Notes under the pieces: generated by a model
What the model saw: the letters and a program-made list of their open reading frames with translations, nothing else
The model's database searches: none
What the model was told of the DNA's origin: nothing
Assembly (NCBI GenBank): GCA_965637545.1
Contig: OZ281500.1
Span: 11,966,001-12,030,000 of the forward strand
DNA from: Phallusia mammillata
Taxonomy: Eukaryota
Length of the DNA: 64,000 nucleotides
Reading direction: 5' to 3'
Made by a program: the position numbers and the translations under genes
Shown: one piece after another, positions 1 through 13,200 of the stretch
Layout of the letters: each line of letters opens with the position of its first letter
Numbering within the stretch: the first letter of the stretch is position 1

Positions 1-505
1 TTAGTCGCTCGTAGAAATGTAAAAAATGACGCGACAGTGATAATAGAAACATTCTCAGCGGCAGTTTGTAACATTTTGGCAGTGTTGCAAGTTCCTGTAC
101 ATATTTTGAAGGTGCTTTTTGTCATTTTCAAAACAATACATGCAATAGTGATCCAGCGGGCAAAGTGGTAGTCAATTCGTTGGCAGTGATACTCTAGGGA
201 TTTTGAAAATGTAATTCGAGAAAAGACACTTTGGCAGGGATAAGTGAACACAATGCGCGGGTTTTGAATACCAAAAAAACATTCTAAACTTAGAAAGCAA
301 CAAGGCAGTAGTCGGCTATTTTGGTTGACGGCGAAAGTAGAAAAAGTTTGGTCATGGCACAAGTTAACAGGTCATAAACCGGAAAGAAAGTCAGGCACTA
401 TATTAATGCACCAAAGCTTAAATATGAAAAGTCAAATATAGGTTCCCTTTAAGTCACTGGTTAATCACTTTGGCACTCGCGTTAGTGGAAGAGAATAGAG
501 AACAG

Positions 506-520
506 ATATATATATATATA
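506..520. repeat. (TA)n microsatellite in the presumptive cyclin D 3' UTR
   Basis: ATATATATATATATA read directly. Confidence 0.85.
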
Positions 521-1239
521 ATATACTATTTTAATATAAACAGAGCTGAGGGGAAAGTAGAAAAGGGCTGATACTAAAACATGGGCCAATCGTTTTGTCC
601 GGTTTTGACAAACGTGGTATAAACAGTAAAACATACTAGATACATCACAAATATAGCAACAATGGCAATACGTTAGACACGTTTCAAGGCCGTACAATAA
701 AATGTTCCAATGAAAAGTGTTGCTGCGGGCGTTTAGAGGGAGAAGCTGTCCATAAAACGAAAGGCCCTTTTGGCGCAATCAAATCTGCGTGGAACTGATA
801 AAAAACATTTTGATGCCAACCAGTTGATTCCCACATAATGTTAGCTGTGCTGTACAGACCGGAAAACACGTCACCAGGGAGAAAAAAGGCTGAACATGGT
901 TTCCACCGTCCTCAGGCACAGAACATCGATACAACGGTTTCGTTTGGCCACAGGAATGCCGACTTGGAATTAAAACTTTACAGCGTGGAAATATTTCCGG
1001 ACAGAAACACGCGTTTCGGCGGTGTTGAAACCACACGCGGCATGTTCACTCCAACGGTGGAAGCTAGATACTGTGGCAGTGGTGATGACATGACTTGCGG
1101 GCAAATTTCGAGGAAGGTTGAACGTTGAAGAGTTGCGCCGTGCTCGCGAGGGAAAATACAACAGTGCAATACACACGACGACCGGTAAAGTGACGATCGC
1201 TCGCGGACTCGCTTACTTTGTTAGCTGCTGGGTGAAGGG

Positions 1240-4200
1240 TCAGTACACCATGTCCACGTCCGTGGGGGTGCTGTCAACCTCCCTACAATCGTTGCCGGCG
1301 GCGGACAGCAGAGGTGAGTCGGCTGTCATGTCGCCCACCCCGCCCCCGACCCCACAATCCTGAACGCCACCGGCCTGTTCAGTGTGCTTGTTGTTTGGGT
1401 GAGCGGGAACTTGTAGGAGACTTGACGTGAGCGCCGATTCTACTTGCTCGAGACACTGTCGCAGGATATCCTGGAATAGAAACGATTATTGTAAGTTTCG
1501 ATTCGGCTAAACTTATAGCGCAACGGGTATTGACAGATGATTCCGTCAAACAGCGGAAAATAGCCTAGCGATCATGTCCGCAACTATGCTGGAAATTCCA
1601 CATCATTGAACAGTAGGTTGGTAAAAGTTTCTTGGGAGGTCGCTATTAAAAGACAATGGCGGTATACACACTGCTATTATACAGTGCCATGCTTGCGAAT
1701 CGACTCGACACAAAAGTGCCTGGCACCAACTGGAATGCGCAATAATGAACAGCCGATATTTACAGTTCCATTGCTTTGAATTGTAGATAAGTCATTATGG
1801 GACCAACCCAAATGGCCACCTGATTTACCTATGGGGTAGGTTTTGTTTGTTCCTTATGCGTTCTACGTGGCGAAAACACCGGAGGTGAATGACAATGGCG
1901 CGAGGAATATCCATTAAAAGTATGACAGCAAACCCCTCCGCCCCCTGGGGTTGGAGCTATTGTGTTCCAGCGAAGCGTTGACTGGGGTTTACATAGCTTC
2001 CCGCTCAATGAGTTTAAACTAAAATCTCGTTGTCATCAAGTCAGCCCCACCTTGCTAGACTAAATGCCAACTAACCACACTGTTTAAAGTAGGGCCGAAG
2101 CAGCGCCAATCGCTATTCCTGTTCCCTACTAAATTGTCGACCTTTCTTTCTGATAGCGATTTCTCATAACTTATCCCATGCTTTAATTGCCCCGTGAACC
2201 TCAACCAGTGCGTGCTCAAATTCATTTTATGAAGTTGGGTATGCATTCAAGAGGCAGAGAATGCACGCGTGCACACAAGAGATGAATTATTCTGACACGA
2301 AACAGCTGTGTGGCGCCTGCTCTTCAATCAACCCTATGGTAGAAGCTTCGTTACACTGTAAACGACACGTCATATTACGGATGGCGCGAAAAAGACATCC
2401 TTCCTTTCGGACGACTGGCATGAGCTCGCCCACCACTAACAGAGCCAGAGCGCTAAGTCATAAGTCATTCAGAAGGAACTGTGGGTCGTGCGTTGTACTT
2501 GCAGCCTTCCCGAGTTGTCCGATACAAAAGCAAATGGCATGAAAATACTGTTATCCTATGAATTCGCCCCTTATACGCCCACCACAAGGGAACACAAGTC
2601 ACACGCAGAGTGTGGGGGCGGAACAGGCTTAAGCACAATAACACATTTAGTCATCTATGAAGCACGCGAAAAATGTGCACTCGTCACACGGCCAAACTAC
2701 TCGATCCGTTGTTAGGTTGCGGTACTTCGCGTTCGTTTACGCACAATTGCCACTGGCCACATACGACGTCCGGCAACTAATCACCGTTAACTTAACAGGA
2801 ATGCTTGAGAGGGTACACAGTGCGAATAGGCACGATAAGAACATAGAGTGCGACCGTATGTCCATCGTGCACAAACTATAAAAGCAATAATAGAAAGAAG
2901 TAATTTGAGCAAACGCGATGACTGGTGATTCGAGCAAACTTGTTTCCGGCATACGGTCGCAAACAACTTAGTTTACGAATGGTGTGCGCATAAAAAGCAC
3001 ACAAAGGCTGCAAAAAGAATTTAACATGAAACGTTTGCCGCATGCCGCGCGCCACTACATGTTCTTTTCACTGCAAGTCAGTGTAAAGAGTCCAGAACTC
3101 CATAAACCTGGCTTTCATTCTTTCTCCGTTGGGAACCCACACTGCGTAAGTCCGTCTCAACAGCGCAACACAAAGGGCACTCAATTCAACTTCAGGTATT
3201 CACATTTTTTGCGCTTAGTCGCAGACTAAGGAGAGCTGTTGGCCAAGCACCGTTGTGGGCCACTCACACCGCACCATGTGTGTGATGAGGAGCTTGCTGG
3301 GCATGGATTAGAGTTTTTGTGCCCTGCCAAGGCCCAAGAGTGGGCGACAAGTGCATATTTGTGTTCAACTCCGACACGGTTAGTTTATTTTATTGGCGGA
3401 AGTGTCGCCATCGCAATATCAAAATGACAGATTTGTTACATGTTTAACTTTGCTAGCCTAAATGTGTTTCAATTTGAACCCTAAGGACGTTTTATGTCAT
3501 GAAATCGGCTAGCGGATTTTTAGGAAACCAAACTTCAGCATCATAGGTAAACAGCAACACAAGCAAATCGCAAATCTAAAGACAAATTTCCCTTGTCTGT
3601 TTAAAGTTGCTGGATTCAAACATCATAAATCCAGGACATGTGCCTAACCTTTTAAAACCACTTGTATCAGACGTCGGTTTGGTGGAGCGCTATAGCCAAC
3701 CAAGGCAATTCCAGGTTCGGGCCAAAGCTATCAACGAACAGGTTCACATTTTACTTTTCCTATACACAACGAGCTATACAACGTACGGAATTTTAAGACT
3801 TCAGTTGGTGAATTTGCTTAAGTTATTGTATCGCAACGGCCAATTCGCATTCCATTTGTGATTATGAATTGCCAGGAAGGGAGGGGGTAAGGAGAATGTG
3901 CTCATTTGTTTGAATTCCACACGGATCTTGATCAATGTCACAGAACGTTTACCTACATATGTAGATTTCCTTAGGAGGAGGATTGCACCCTAAAGGAACA
4001 TGTGTAAGCGCTGATGGAAAACTGCTCGCCGCACGTGTACTCGCTTATCTATCGATATTAGGATGCACAAATTCCGCATCACGATTAATCATGACCTGCA
4101 AGCGCCCAGCGACGTTGCCTGAAACGCTGACCTGACAACTTCGAGTAGCGATCATCGCATCAAAGCGCGTGCTCAACAAGTGGCAGAGCGGCTAAGCAAG

Positions 4201-7200
4201 ACGCGTAATGACCACGTCGAGTTAACGACAACCCCGGCAATCGTCAGCGGCTTTTTTAAACAAGGGATGCCCGGCAGTCGACACAGCACTCTGCCTATAG
4301 AGCACAGCACTCCAAACGAGTGCTTCCTTTCGGAGTGTGTGTTCAAAGGGTTGCGTTTGTTCGCGGACCCCACTTCACGTGCTTTCCCTCTCGATGGCGC
4401 AGGCTTGGCATGCCTGTGGCTGCTGCCGCGTCTGCAGATCCACTGATCGACGCTTTAGGCAAGTGGTGAGCTCGCGTGGGGGCAAGTTTGACATGTCAAA
4501 CGCGTTGTGGAGGACATTATCCGTTGATTGATATTCGCTGAACAAGGGACTCAACATCGTTTGATGTGTGACCGCGCAATTAGTTACCGGCATTCTCTGA
4601 TCAAATCTTGTTGCGGTGGCGGCGGGGCTACGCGGCATACAATGTCGAGGTGGTAATTGTGGCAAGTTGATCGGCAGTTTGTTGAAAGTCTATCAATCGC
4701 TGACAGAGGTACATGAGCATTTAAATACAATGCAACTGCCGTGGTGTGAAAGTTGGCACTCAGCTGTACCTTACCAGTCGCGTTATAGCGCACTAAAAAC
4801 ACAAGCGAGGAACATCAAAAATAAACAATCCGTTCCCACGGCCCTCCGTGGGCCTTTGAAGGTTAAAAAGCCAAGATAAGAAAGTTTTCGCCGTATTCTA
4901 TCCGTACGTGACATCACCCCGTAGTCTGTCGCGCTTATTAGCGACGCAGGGCAAAAAGAAGCGACCGCGGTTTGATGGACTCAGCGCTTCGACCTTGACT
5001 TGGAGCAACCACGCTGGGCCTTTGAAGTGCCGACAAAGCCGGATCTATAAGTCGCGTTTATATCAAATTTATGGCAAAACGAAACCGACTTTCGTAAGCT
5101 TCATTCGCTGCGGGCCAAGACGGACATCTGAGAATCTTAAAGTGCCCGCCACGGTCCGCTTGAAGCGCTAGTTGACCACATAGAATTAATTCAATAATGC
5201 GCTGAACCTGAAATTGCCTCAAACGGGCGGAGCACCAACAACAATGGGGTACTTGCGAAATAACTCGCGACAAAAGGCTTTTAGCGCCGGGCCGCGCCGC
5301 CTGTTTAGGAAGTTAGGAAAGGAAATTGGTGCTCAACTTCGGACAACGGCATGAAGTAAAGTCGAACTAATGCTGCTCAAATCCGAATCCCACATTTCAC
5401 TGCATGCCCATTCAAAAAAAGCGACGGAGTTTCAATTTTGGCCATGAGCAATTCGGAGGTATTATGTGCGGAGTTTTATAGCGACCGACTTCCTGGTGCT
5501 TTGAACATGATCCGACGAAAGTGTCGCATCGGAAGACTGTCACCTTTCAGCACCAGCCAATTTCGCCCCCGCAAAGATAGAGAAATACACACAATCACGA
5601 ACGAGAGCGAAAGTCAGACAACCGCTTAAAGAATAACTTTCCCACGCTTGCAAGGCCATCGCGGCAGCTGCCATTCCTCACCTTTTCACTCCCAGGTCGT
5701 GGAACTCCGGCGTTTGGGTAACTTGGTAACAAGTGTTATTGCTGCGGGTACATGAAAGCACGCAGTATCGGACAGGAAACAGGTTAGCCAATTTAGCCAA
5801 GCGAGAACGGCCACAACGACTTTTACGCATAGTTAGGTGACGCGAAGCAACGTGGTTTCTAGAACACAGGCAACATGGTGACTGCAAGAAGTACGACGAT
5901 GGGGACCGTCTGACGCGCTGACCCCGATGTACCGCGCGACAAGTGTGATTGGTGTTCACAACACACACGCTGGGTTGCGGCGCGGAGAAAGAAACCCAGG
6001 CGATAGCAATCTCAGGCCCGGATAAGTAGCCAGGGCAACCCAGATCCCCGCTTGACACTTTTCGGCAGCGTCGCTGACTAAACACATTTGTTGCAGGTGT
6101 GACGGATTTGACGGGGGCTCAGATGCATTCCCACGAGAACTTGAAGCTTGAAAACTTATTACGTCGTGTCAGTAGACAATCAGATACTCAGAATAGACGG
6201 TTACAAATCTTTATAGACAATGACTTCCGGAAATAAACGCTGAGCTTACTGATTAAATAACGTGAAAACGGACATTTGATGACGTGCCGATGACTATAAC
6301 TGACTCACTATCAGCGAAAACGTAAAAAAGGCATTGAGAGAAGGACGAAAATTCGTATTCGGATAACAGGTATCGTAGGAAAGATATGCTCTCGGGTAAC
6401 TTATTGTGCTGCTGTGCTTGCTCAGTGAAACAATTGACACAAGTGTCGCGTGCGAGCGTTAAATGCAAGTTATGCAAGGACTGCCAGATGTGAAACCTTT
6501 ATCGGGTAGTTCTCATCCTCACTTGAGCGACGATTTACGGGGCAGAGTTTCGATGACGCACGCGCTTTACCTTTGCGTAGGTTCGTGCAAGAGGAAGATA
6601 ATATCCCACCCCCACTGTTATTAGACGCAGGAATGCGCAACCGACACGCCGAAAACCCAACCAAGAATTATCGGTTCAAAGAAGCATGAGAGCCGCGGTG
6701 AAAAGTCTGGCAAAATTATCGCCACCCTTGGTGGAGCTAGCATTGGCGAGGCAATTCAAATGACAAGGAGCTGTTTGAGAAACAGCGGCGAAAGAGGAAC
6801 CCGTGTTGCTGGCTCCCACGAGTGCAGCGAGCGGTCGCCCTTTTCCCGGTTACGTCATCTGAATGACTCTCGCTTCGGGTTTTCGCGGAGGAAAACTATT
6901 CGGTTTTGTCAAAGCGCATCATTGGCCCAGTAAAAGGTAGTGCGGCGGCTGAATAAGAACCAGCCGCTTTTGTGAGTTGAGTCCCATCGCAACAGCGCGA
7001 TTGTTGTTCATACGGAATTCCTTTCCGTAATTGCAGATCTTTTTCAAATGGCGCGATTAAAAGCTATAAGGTTGCGTTCTACGGGCGCCCGGCGTTTTTC
7101 ACGCAACTGACGGCAAATATCGCCAAACAAAGGCATGCGCGTCACTTACACATAACTTCACGAGTGACTTCACCGTTAAAATTCAATTACAGCATTAACA

Positions 7201-10200
7201 CGTTTACACAAGCGCACATTAGTCGTACAGCTATATACCAAGCTAATGCTAATGAATGTAAAACCACCCAAGTGTCGAAGGAAAATGCCGGGTTTACGCC
7301 CGCCTAGGGCCTTGATCATTTTCGAAGACGAAACACATTGGGGTCAGGGTACTTCGTCAATCAACTACTACAAATAAACAGCACTCTGAGCTATCCGTTT
7401 ACACCCGATGTTCCAAAAATACCAATCTGCAATGCATCATCTTGATGTCTTTGGGGGCGTACTCAAATGCCCCGCCCAACAACGCAAAAGCAATTTTTTT
7501 AACAACATTAAAGCAACGTATAAACATTAAGTTATAGGGTCTTAAATGCAAAACCTTGCAGGTTAAGTGTAACTTCAATGTGTGGAACAGATTACGGATT
7601 TCATTAATGTTATTCTTGGTGATTCGTAACCGGAGTTGTGGCAACAAAAAAGATACGAGTTTATTTGCTTTGTTATTCATGCCTCCGGTGCGTGTGAAGC
7701 GGTGTTGGTGGACCTCTCAAGAATGCAGATTAAAGGTTTGAAAAACAAACTCGAGCGCCGGACGCTTCGTCCCATTACGTAATTGTGGCACGCACACTTT
7801 AAATATACATCTTTTCCCGGCATTCTGCGGCTGACCATACATTGCGCTCTGGTATTACTTTCACATGCAGAAACGCCTTTAAACATGTTTATGTACGAAT
7901 AATACACGATTTGTGACGTGTTGCAAGTTGTCGGTGTCTTAACCTTCCATCGGCTTTGAAAACCCACGCATTCTGTTGGTTAATTATCGGACAAGCCAAA
8001 ATATGTGTGTTTTAAAATTCGTAAAGGAATGTATGGTGCGAAACCGAAAAATGTCGACGTGACAGAGGCACTGCACTCAAATGAGTAGGTGGCTTCGTAA
8101 AATCATTGCATAGAGTGATTTCGGGGAGATTTCTCGTAAAGTGGCGTGCTGCTATCAAGCGCTGTGTTTGTCGATAAAACAGCCAAAAGTTTGTCAAAGC
8201 TCTCATGCCAATATTTGCCCAATGAACAGGAAACGACCGAACTGGGCGAGATTAATTCTTCTTAGTCTAAGTTGCGATCTCCGCGTTACGCTACGTGATT
8301 CAATATAATTGTAGACATTCCAACGTTTTTTTGTAAGAGCAACTCGTTTGAAGCCGTAGTTAAATGCCAAAAAACGCGATGTATGCAGTTTGGGTGGGTG
8401 CGAGGCAAACAGAAAAGGAGCGAGGCCGACAATCTATGGGCGTACTGCCTGCTATGAAAGCACAAGGAAAGTGGCCGTCATTGTTAGCTTGTCATGGTGT
8501 TTAAACATATTGATGAAGAAAAATTCTCATCGCCAAATTTTGCCAGGAAAGTGAACGCCTCGCTGACCTTGAGCGCGATTGGCCACCGCAGGGTCACGTG
8601 AGGGTAAGCATGCGTTACGGTAGCATGCTTTACTTGACGCGTGGGCAGATGGAATAGAACTGGCTTTAAAGGGCAGAAGGGTGAAGTCAAGAAACGCACG
8701 GAGAGGAATTTTCAGCTTAATGAAACCCAACCCCGTTGTGAAAATCAAACTTGTGTACAAATGCCACATACCCAGAACGCAATACCCGTGGTGTATGAAG
8801 GCCGTGGTAAAATTCAATGCGGATCAACTTCACGGATGACGATCAAGTCATATTTACAAAATCCCAACACGGTGTAGCCTCCATCAGAAACGGGGCGCAA
8901 AAAAAATCTACCGTAAGCACGACAACGTGGTATTGTGCGATAAGAAACATACAAGAAAAAACACTGACCAAACCCAGATTCGACTTTTCCGCTGGCAAAA
9001 AGTGAACTTTGGCTAAATGGTTATGAATCACAAGAAAGTGTTTCGGGAATGTTAAAGACCTTTGTCGAATCATAAAGCGAAAAATCGCTATACGCCCAAG
9101 GCAGCCGTGTTTGGCTTCATCGTTCTCATGGCAGTAATATGCATGACGACATTGCCGTGTACCCAAGCCTTATCAAACGGCACGCGGAGGAATGTAGCAA
9201 CACTTGCCGATTTTCTGATTACCTTAACGACGCGAAAAGAATTCTGTTCGTAAACAGGCAAATTTCAAACGCAATAACACCGAAGTTGTTAGAGTTAAAA
9301 CCTACGACAGTTGGTTAATTGTGTTTGCCGAAGATTATAAACGTCGTTGGTGACGATCAAACACAAAGCTTTAAACTGCATGTTTGAGAATTTCTGAGGC
9401 AAGTAGCGCCCGGAACAGTTTGATTATTTTGTGGCTGGTTAATCAATATCTTGCCTCGTAAACCTACACAATGCGGACCGAACACCTAAATTATTTTCCG
9501 ACTTTCTTTGTTTTCGAGCCCTGGAACGCCACATTGTCGCGAGAACCCGGGTAAGTTGCGATCTCGTGTCAGTTTTATGACGAAGACGTGCGATAACGAC
9601 AGTCATGCTCGTAACACTCATTTACATATAAAACGCAGATGGTACATTGTTCTACAATCGCCTCAGGAAGCCACATTCCAATGTCATTGTAACCGCTAGC
9701 ACGGCAGGAAAGCACTGAGAATGGCGGTGAGTTCCCTGTGCGCATACGATTATGATATAGGGCGCCCATGCGGGACAATGAGCTCTGATCGCGTGCGGAA
9801 ATAACGGATGTAAAATCCAATGCCCATGAGAGGTGGATCCACGCGCTGGAAGCAAAGGCAACCGCTGCTGGCCGCGAACCGCAAAAGGCGTACCGTTGTC
9901 AATTGAAAATTTAGTGACCTAGCATGACCCCGATCATTGGCTCCTGTAATGCTTGGCCAAGCGATAATACGACGTGCAGTGAAGAATCACTGACCCATTT
10001 TCGCTTCTCTTCCTCTGCTCCCTTTGATATGCTGAAAAAAGCGTCTCGACCGATTGATCTGACCTATTTGCAATCTCAGCGCACGAAAAAATATAACTGG
10101 GTGTCGGGGATGTTTCGCCTTAAACCACAGAGGAAAGCAAGATAAACTAGTTCACCAATTTGTCGAGGCCACACAAAAAACCTCTCACCCTCAACCGTAT

Positions 10201-13200
10201 GTTTGTTTTAAACCGGATATCCTAATAATTCGTGGTCAATTGCTCACCAAACGTCCACCCGAGTTGGGTTGTAAACAGCAAGCACTAAATGGAAGTCAGG
10301 TTGCCTGTTCACGGGCCTAAAAGCTGTAACTTGAGTCAAATGGCGAACGGTCTGAAAACACGACGCAGCGAACATCCTTTTCCAAAAAGCTTTCTTTCGT
10401 GAAAAGTAAAAAGTATAATAAACGCACAAAGCACTGTCTTGTAGAGGGTAGGACGTTAATTAGGCGGGCAGGCGATGCGGAAATCGGACACGGGTGGCGA
10501 TGGGCTTTAAAAGTCGAAAACAGCAAAATTAATGGGCTTGGACAATGGCTTCTATCACCAACGGCGGCTTGATTACGGCGGCACGCGCTCTGTTATGTGG
10601 TCAAATGCGGCGTAAATGAATGCGACAACTTTTCAGTAATTCAGTTTTTTGTGATTCTCACTTTTGTCGCACGTAAAAAAGAAAAATTCTGTCTGCTTAC
10701 CGCATCAACGTTAATGATGTCTTGAAGTCTGGTGAGCAGGCGGTGCCTCGACAGCGGCAAACCTGTAGACACATGGAGTCCGGATATTGCCGCTCCTACG
10801 CTGCCAGCAGCGATCATGGAGGGTGTGTAAACAGAAAATTTGTGATCTGAAACAAAAACAATAGAGTTGCCGTCTGTTGCATAGCAAGGTGTAGGCGTTA
10901 TAAGGAAGGAATCGTAACAACCTTGCTTGACACACGCATGTGTAGTTGCAGCAATACCATCGGTGCCGTTTTTTCATGTAACACAAACGCTAGGGGACGA
11001 CCATTTTTATGCTGCTAATTTAATGTACAAAAAATGGTTACTACCCACAGGTTACATCGTTCACCCTTGGCGAATTTACTGTTAAACAAATAGTTTTACG
11101 AAACGAGTTCGATCCACTAATTTCGAGGTAACAAAGGCCCTTGATACTGCGCAATAGAGCATCTGACAATTTTCGGGTGGACGCAAGGGGAGGATGATTA
11201 TTTGTTCTCGATCGACAAGTTTCATGAAACGAGAGAGAGAGCGTTTGGGGACCAACGAAACAAGAGTGGCAACCTCGATCGCTTGAATCGATAAGTTCGT
11301 GTTCGCTTGCATAGCTGGCGTTCCTGCGAGAGAGGCGAAGCCACACAAGAGCGCTTCAATGGTCTCTTTCTTATTGAAATCTCCACAGTCTCTCCTGCTC
11401 GACCCGCTGCCTCTCCCCGGCTAGTCCGCTTTTGGTTTCTGCACGATGCCGCATAGATGCATTAGCGGCATGGGTGGTGCTAGCATTAAAATGAATAGCG
11501 AATTCCCACATCCACGCGCCTTCCTATGGTTTTTGGTTTATCACCGAGCAATGACAAGAAAATTGTTGAGAAAAGATATATTTCCCCTGAGACGATATGA
11601 CATAATCGTGTTGCGCCGTTAACGCGGTAATGATTCATAAGCTGCAAGGAGTGCGTTGACCACACAAGTGCTCCCCATTGAAGTTTGGTCGTGCTGTGCA
11701 GCAACAACAAACACGCGCTGATAAAGAGCGGAATGTCGTGTCGGCGCGCCGTATATCAATGTTGCCCTTCCGCTTCAGCCAGGCCCAAAAGCGGTTTTTA
11801 TCAATGATTCCATCTCGGCTAGTGTTTGGCATTCGATAAAGATGCAATGGGCGATGACGTGCCGCGCAGTTGCGGGCAAATGTGGAAAGAGACCTGCGAC
11901 ATAGTTGAGCAGTTGCCGAACGCGCCACGAAAAGCACAGGCCCGAGGGCAGAGGCGGCGCATAGCTGCTAGGGGAAAGAAACTATTCGGAAAATACATCT
12001 CACAGGTCAAAGAAGATAGCTTGATCGTTTTTCATCGCTGTCTGTGTTGTTTGCACGCCTCCGCACATTCCATGGGCACAATCGGAAACAGCTTGTCGCA
12101 GGCGGCGCATGTGCCGGAACAGCACCAAAACAAAACCTTGTATTTTTAGAACTGCTCATCCAACCACCCAACCTTCTTCACACCAAGAAAAAACAGATCA
12201 ATTCGCAACAGGATATGAGGACGATTGACTCAGTTTCGAAGCGGAGTTAGACATCCTTGAATTTTCCAGATTTTATTGTTCTTCACCACAATTCCCGGCG
12301 GCGGCATAACCCCTAACGGAGTCGACGCAGTCTTCCATTGTTTTGTTCTGACCAAATTGGCCTGGAAAGAGCAGGATGAAACTGATAGGCCTGAACTCCT
12401 GCAAGCACCTGTCAAGTGAGCATAGCCGGCATGGTTGAGGCAAACCGCAACAACGAATTGTTTGGCCCGAGTGTCTGCGACCCGAAGACTATGCCCAGCG
12501 GAGACATGCGAGTCCCAAGATCGCGTCCAGATAATTGAGAGTATTAATACAACAAAAGACGCAACTACTCGTCTATATTTGCCAGTGTCTCGCTTCCAGG
12601 CAGCACAGAAAATACCGAACCGCGTAAAAACGTTGTACCTTTGCTATTGGCGGGCGCTCTAGCATGATTCATCGTATTTTTTCTAATGATTGCTTTTAAT
12701 GAGCAGCTTCGTTGGACCGCTGTGACGCGACACGGTCTCTTAGCCTGACGTGCAATGCAGCGCAAATATGCACAGTCCACTTGAGCTTAGACGAATTGCC
12801 AGTTCACATCGTGATTCGAATTCGCCACGATTACGCAATAAACCCGAATATTTTTGACGCCGTTTTTTGCAGCTGTAGAAAAAAGGCGTGACCTGGTCCG
12901 GGCCAGCGAACGATGGGCTACAAGAGGCAACCCGCCATAGCACAAGATGTCGGCATGTGCGTGTGCATCCGCGTTTATGCAGTGGCTCAGGCGCGAAAGG
13001 AAGTGGTTTCGAGTTTCATTCCAACTCCGACAGCGAACAAATTGACAGACGACGGATACGTCAACAGCGCGTGGTGCAACGCGTCCGCTTCCGCGACGCT
13101 CCACATGCCGAAGCGCGAAACCGCTTCTTTTTTGTATTGAAACAAAATAAAAACTTCTGATAGTTCCGTTCGATGAGAAAAGTATGTCGTTCAGGAAACA

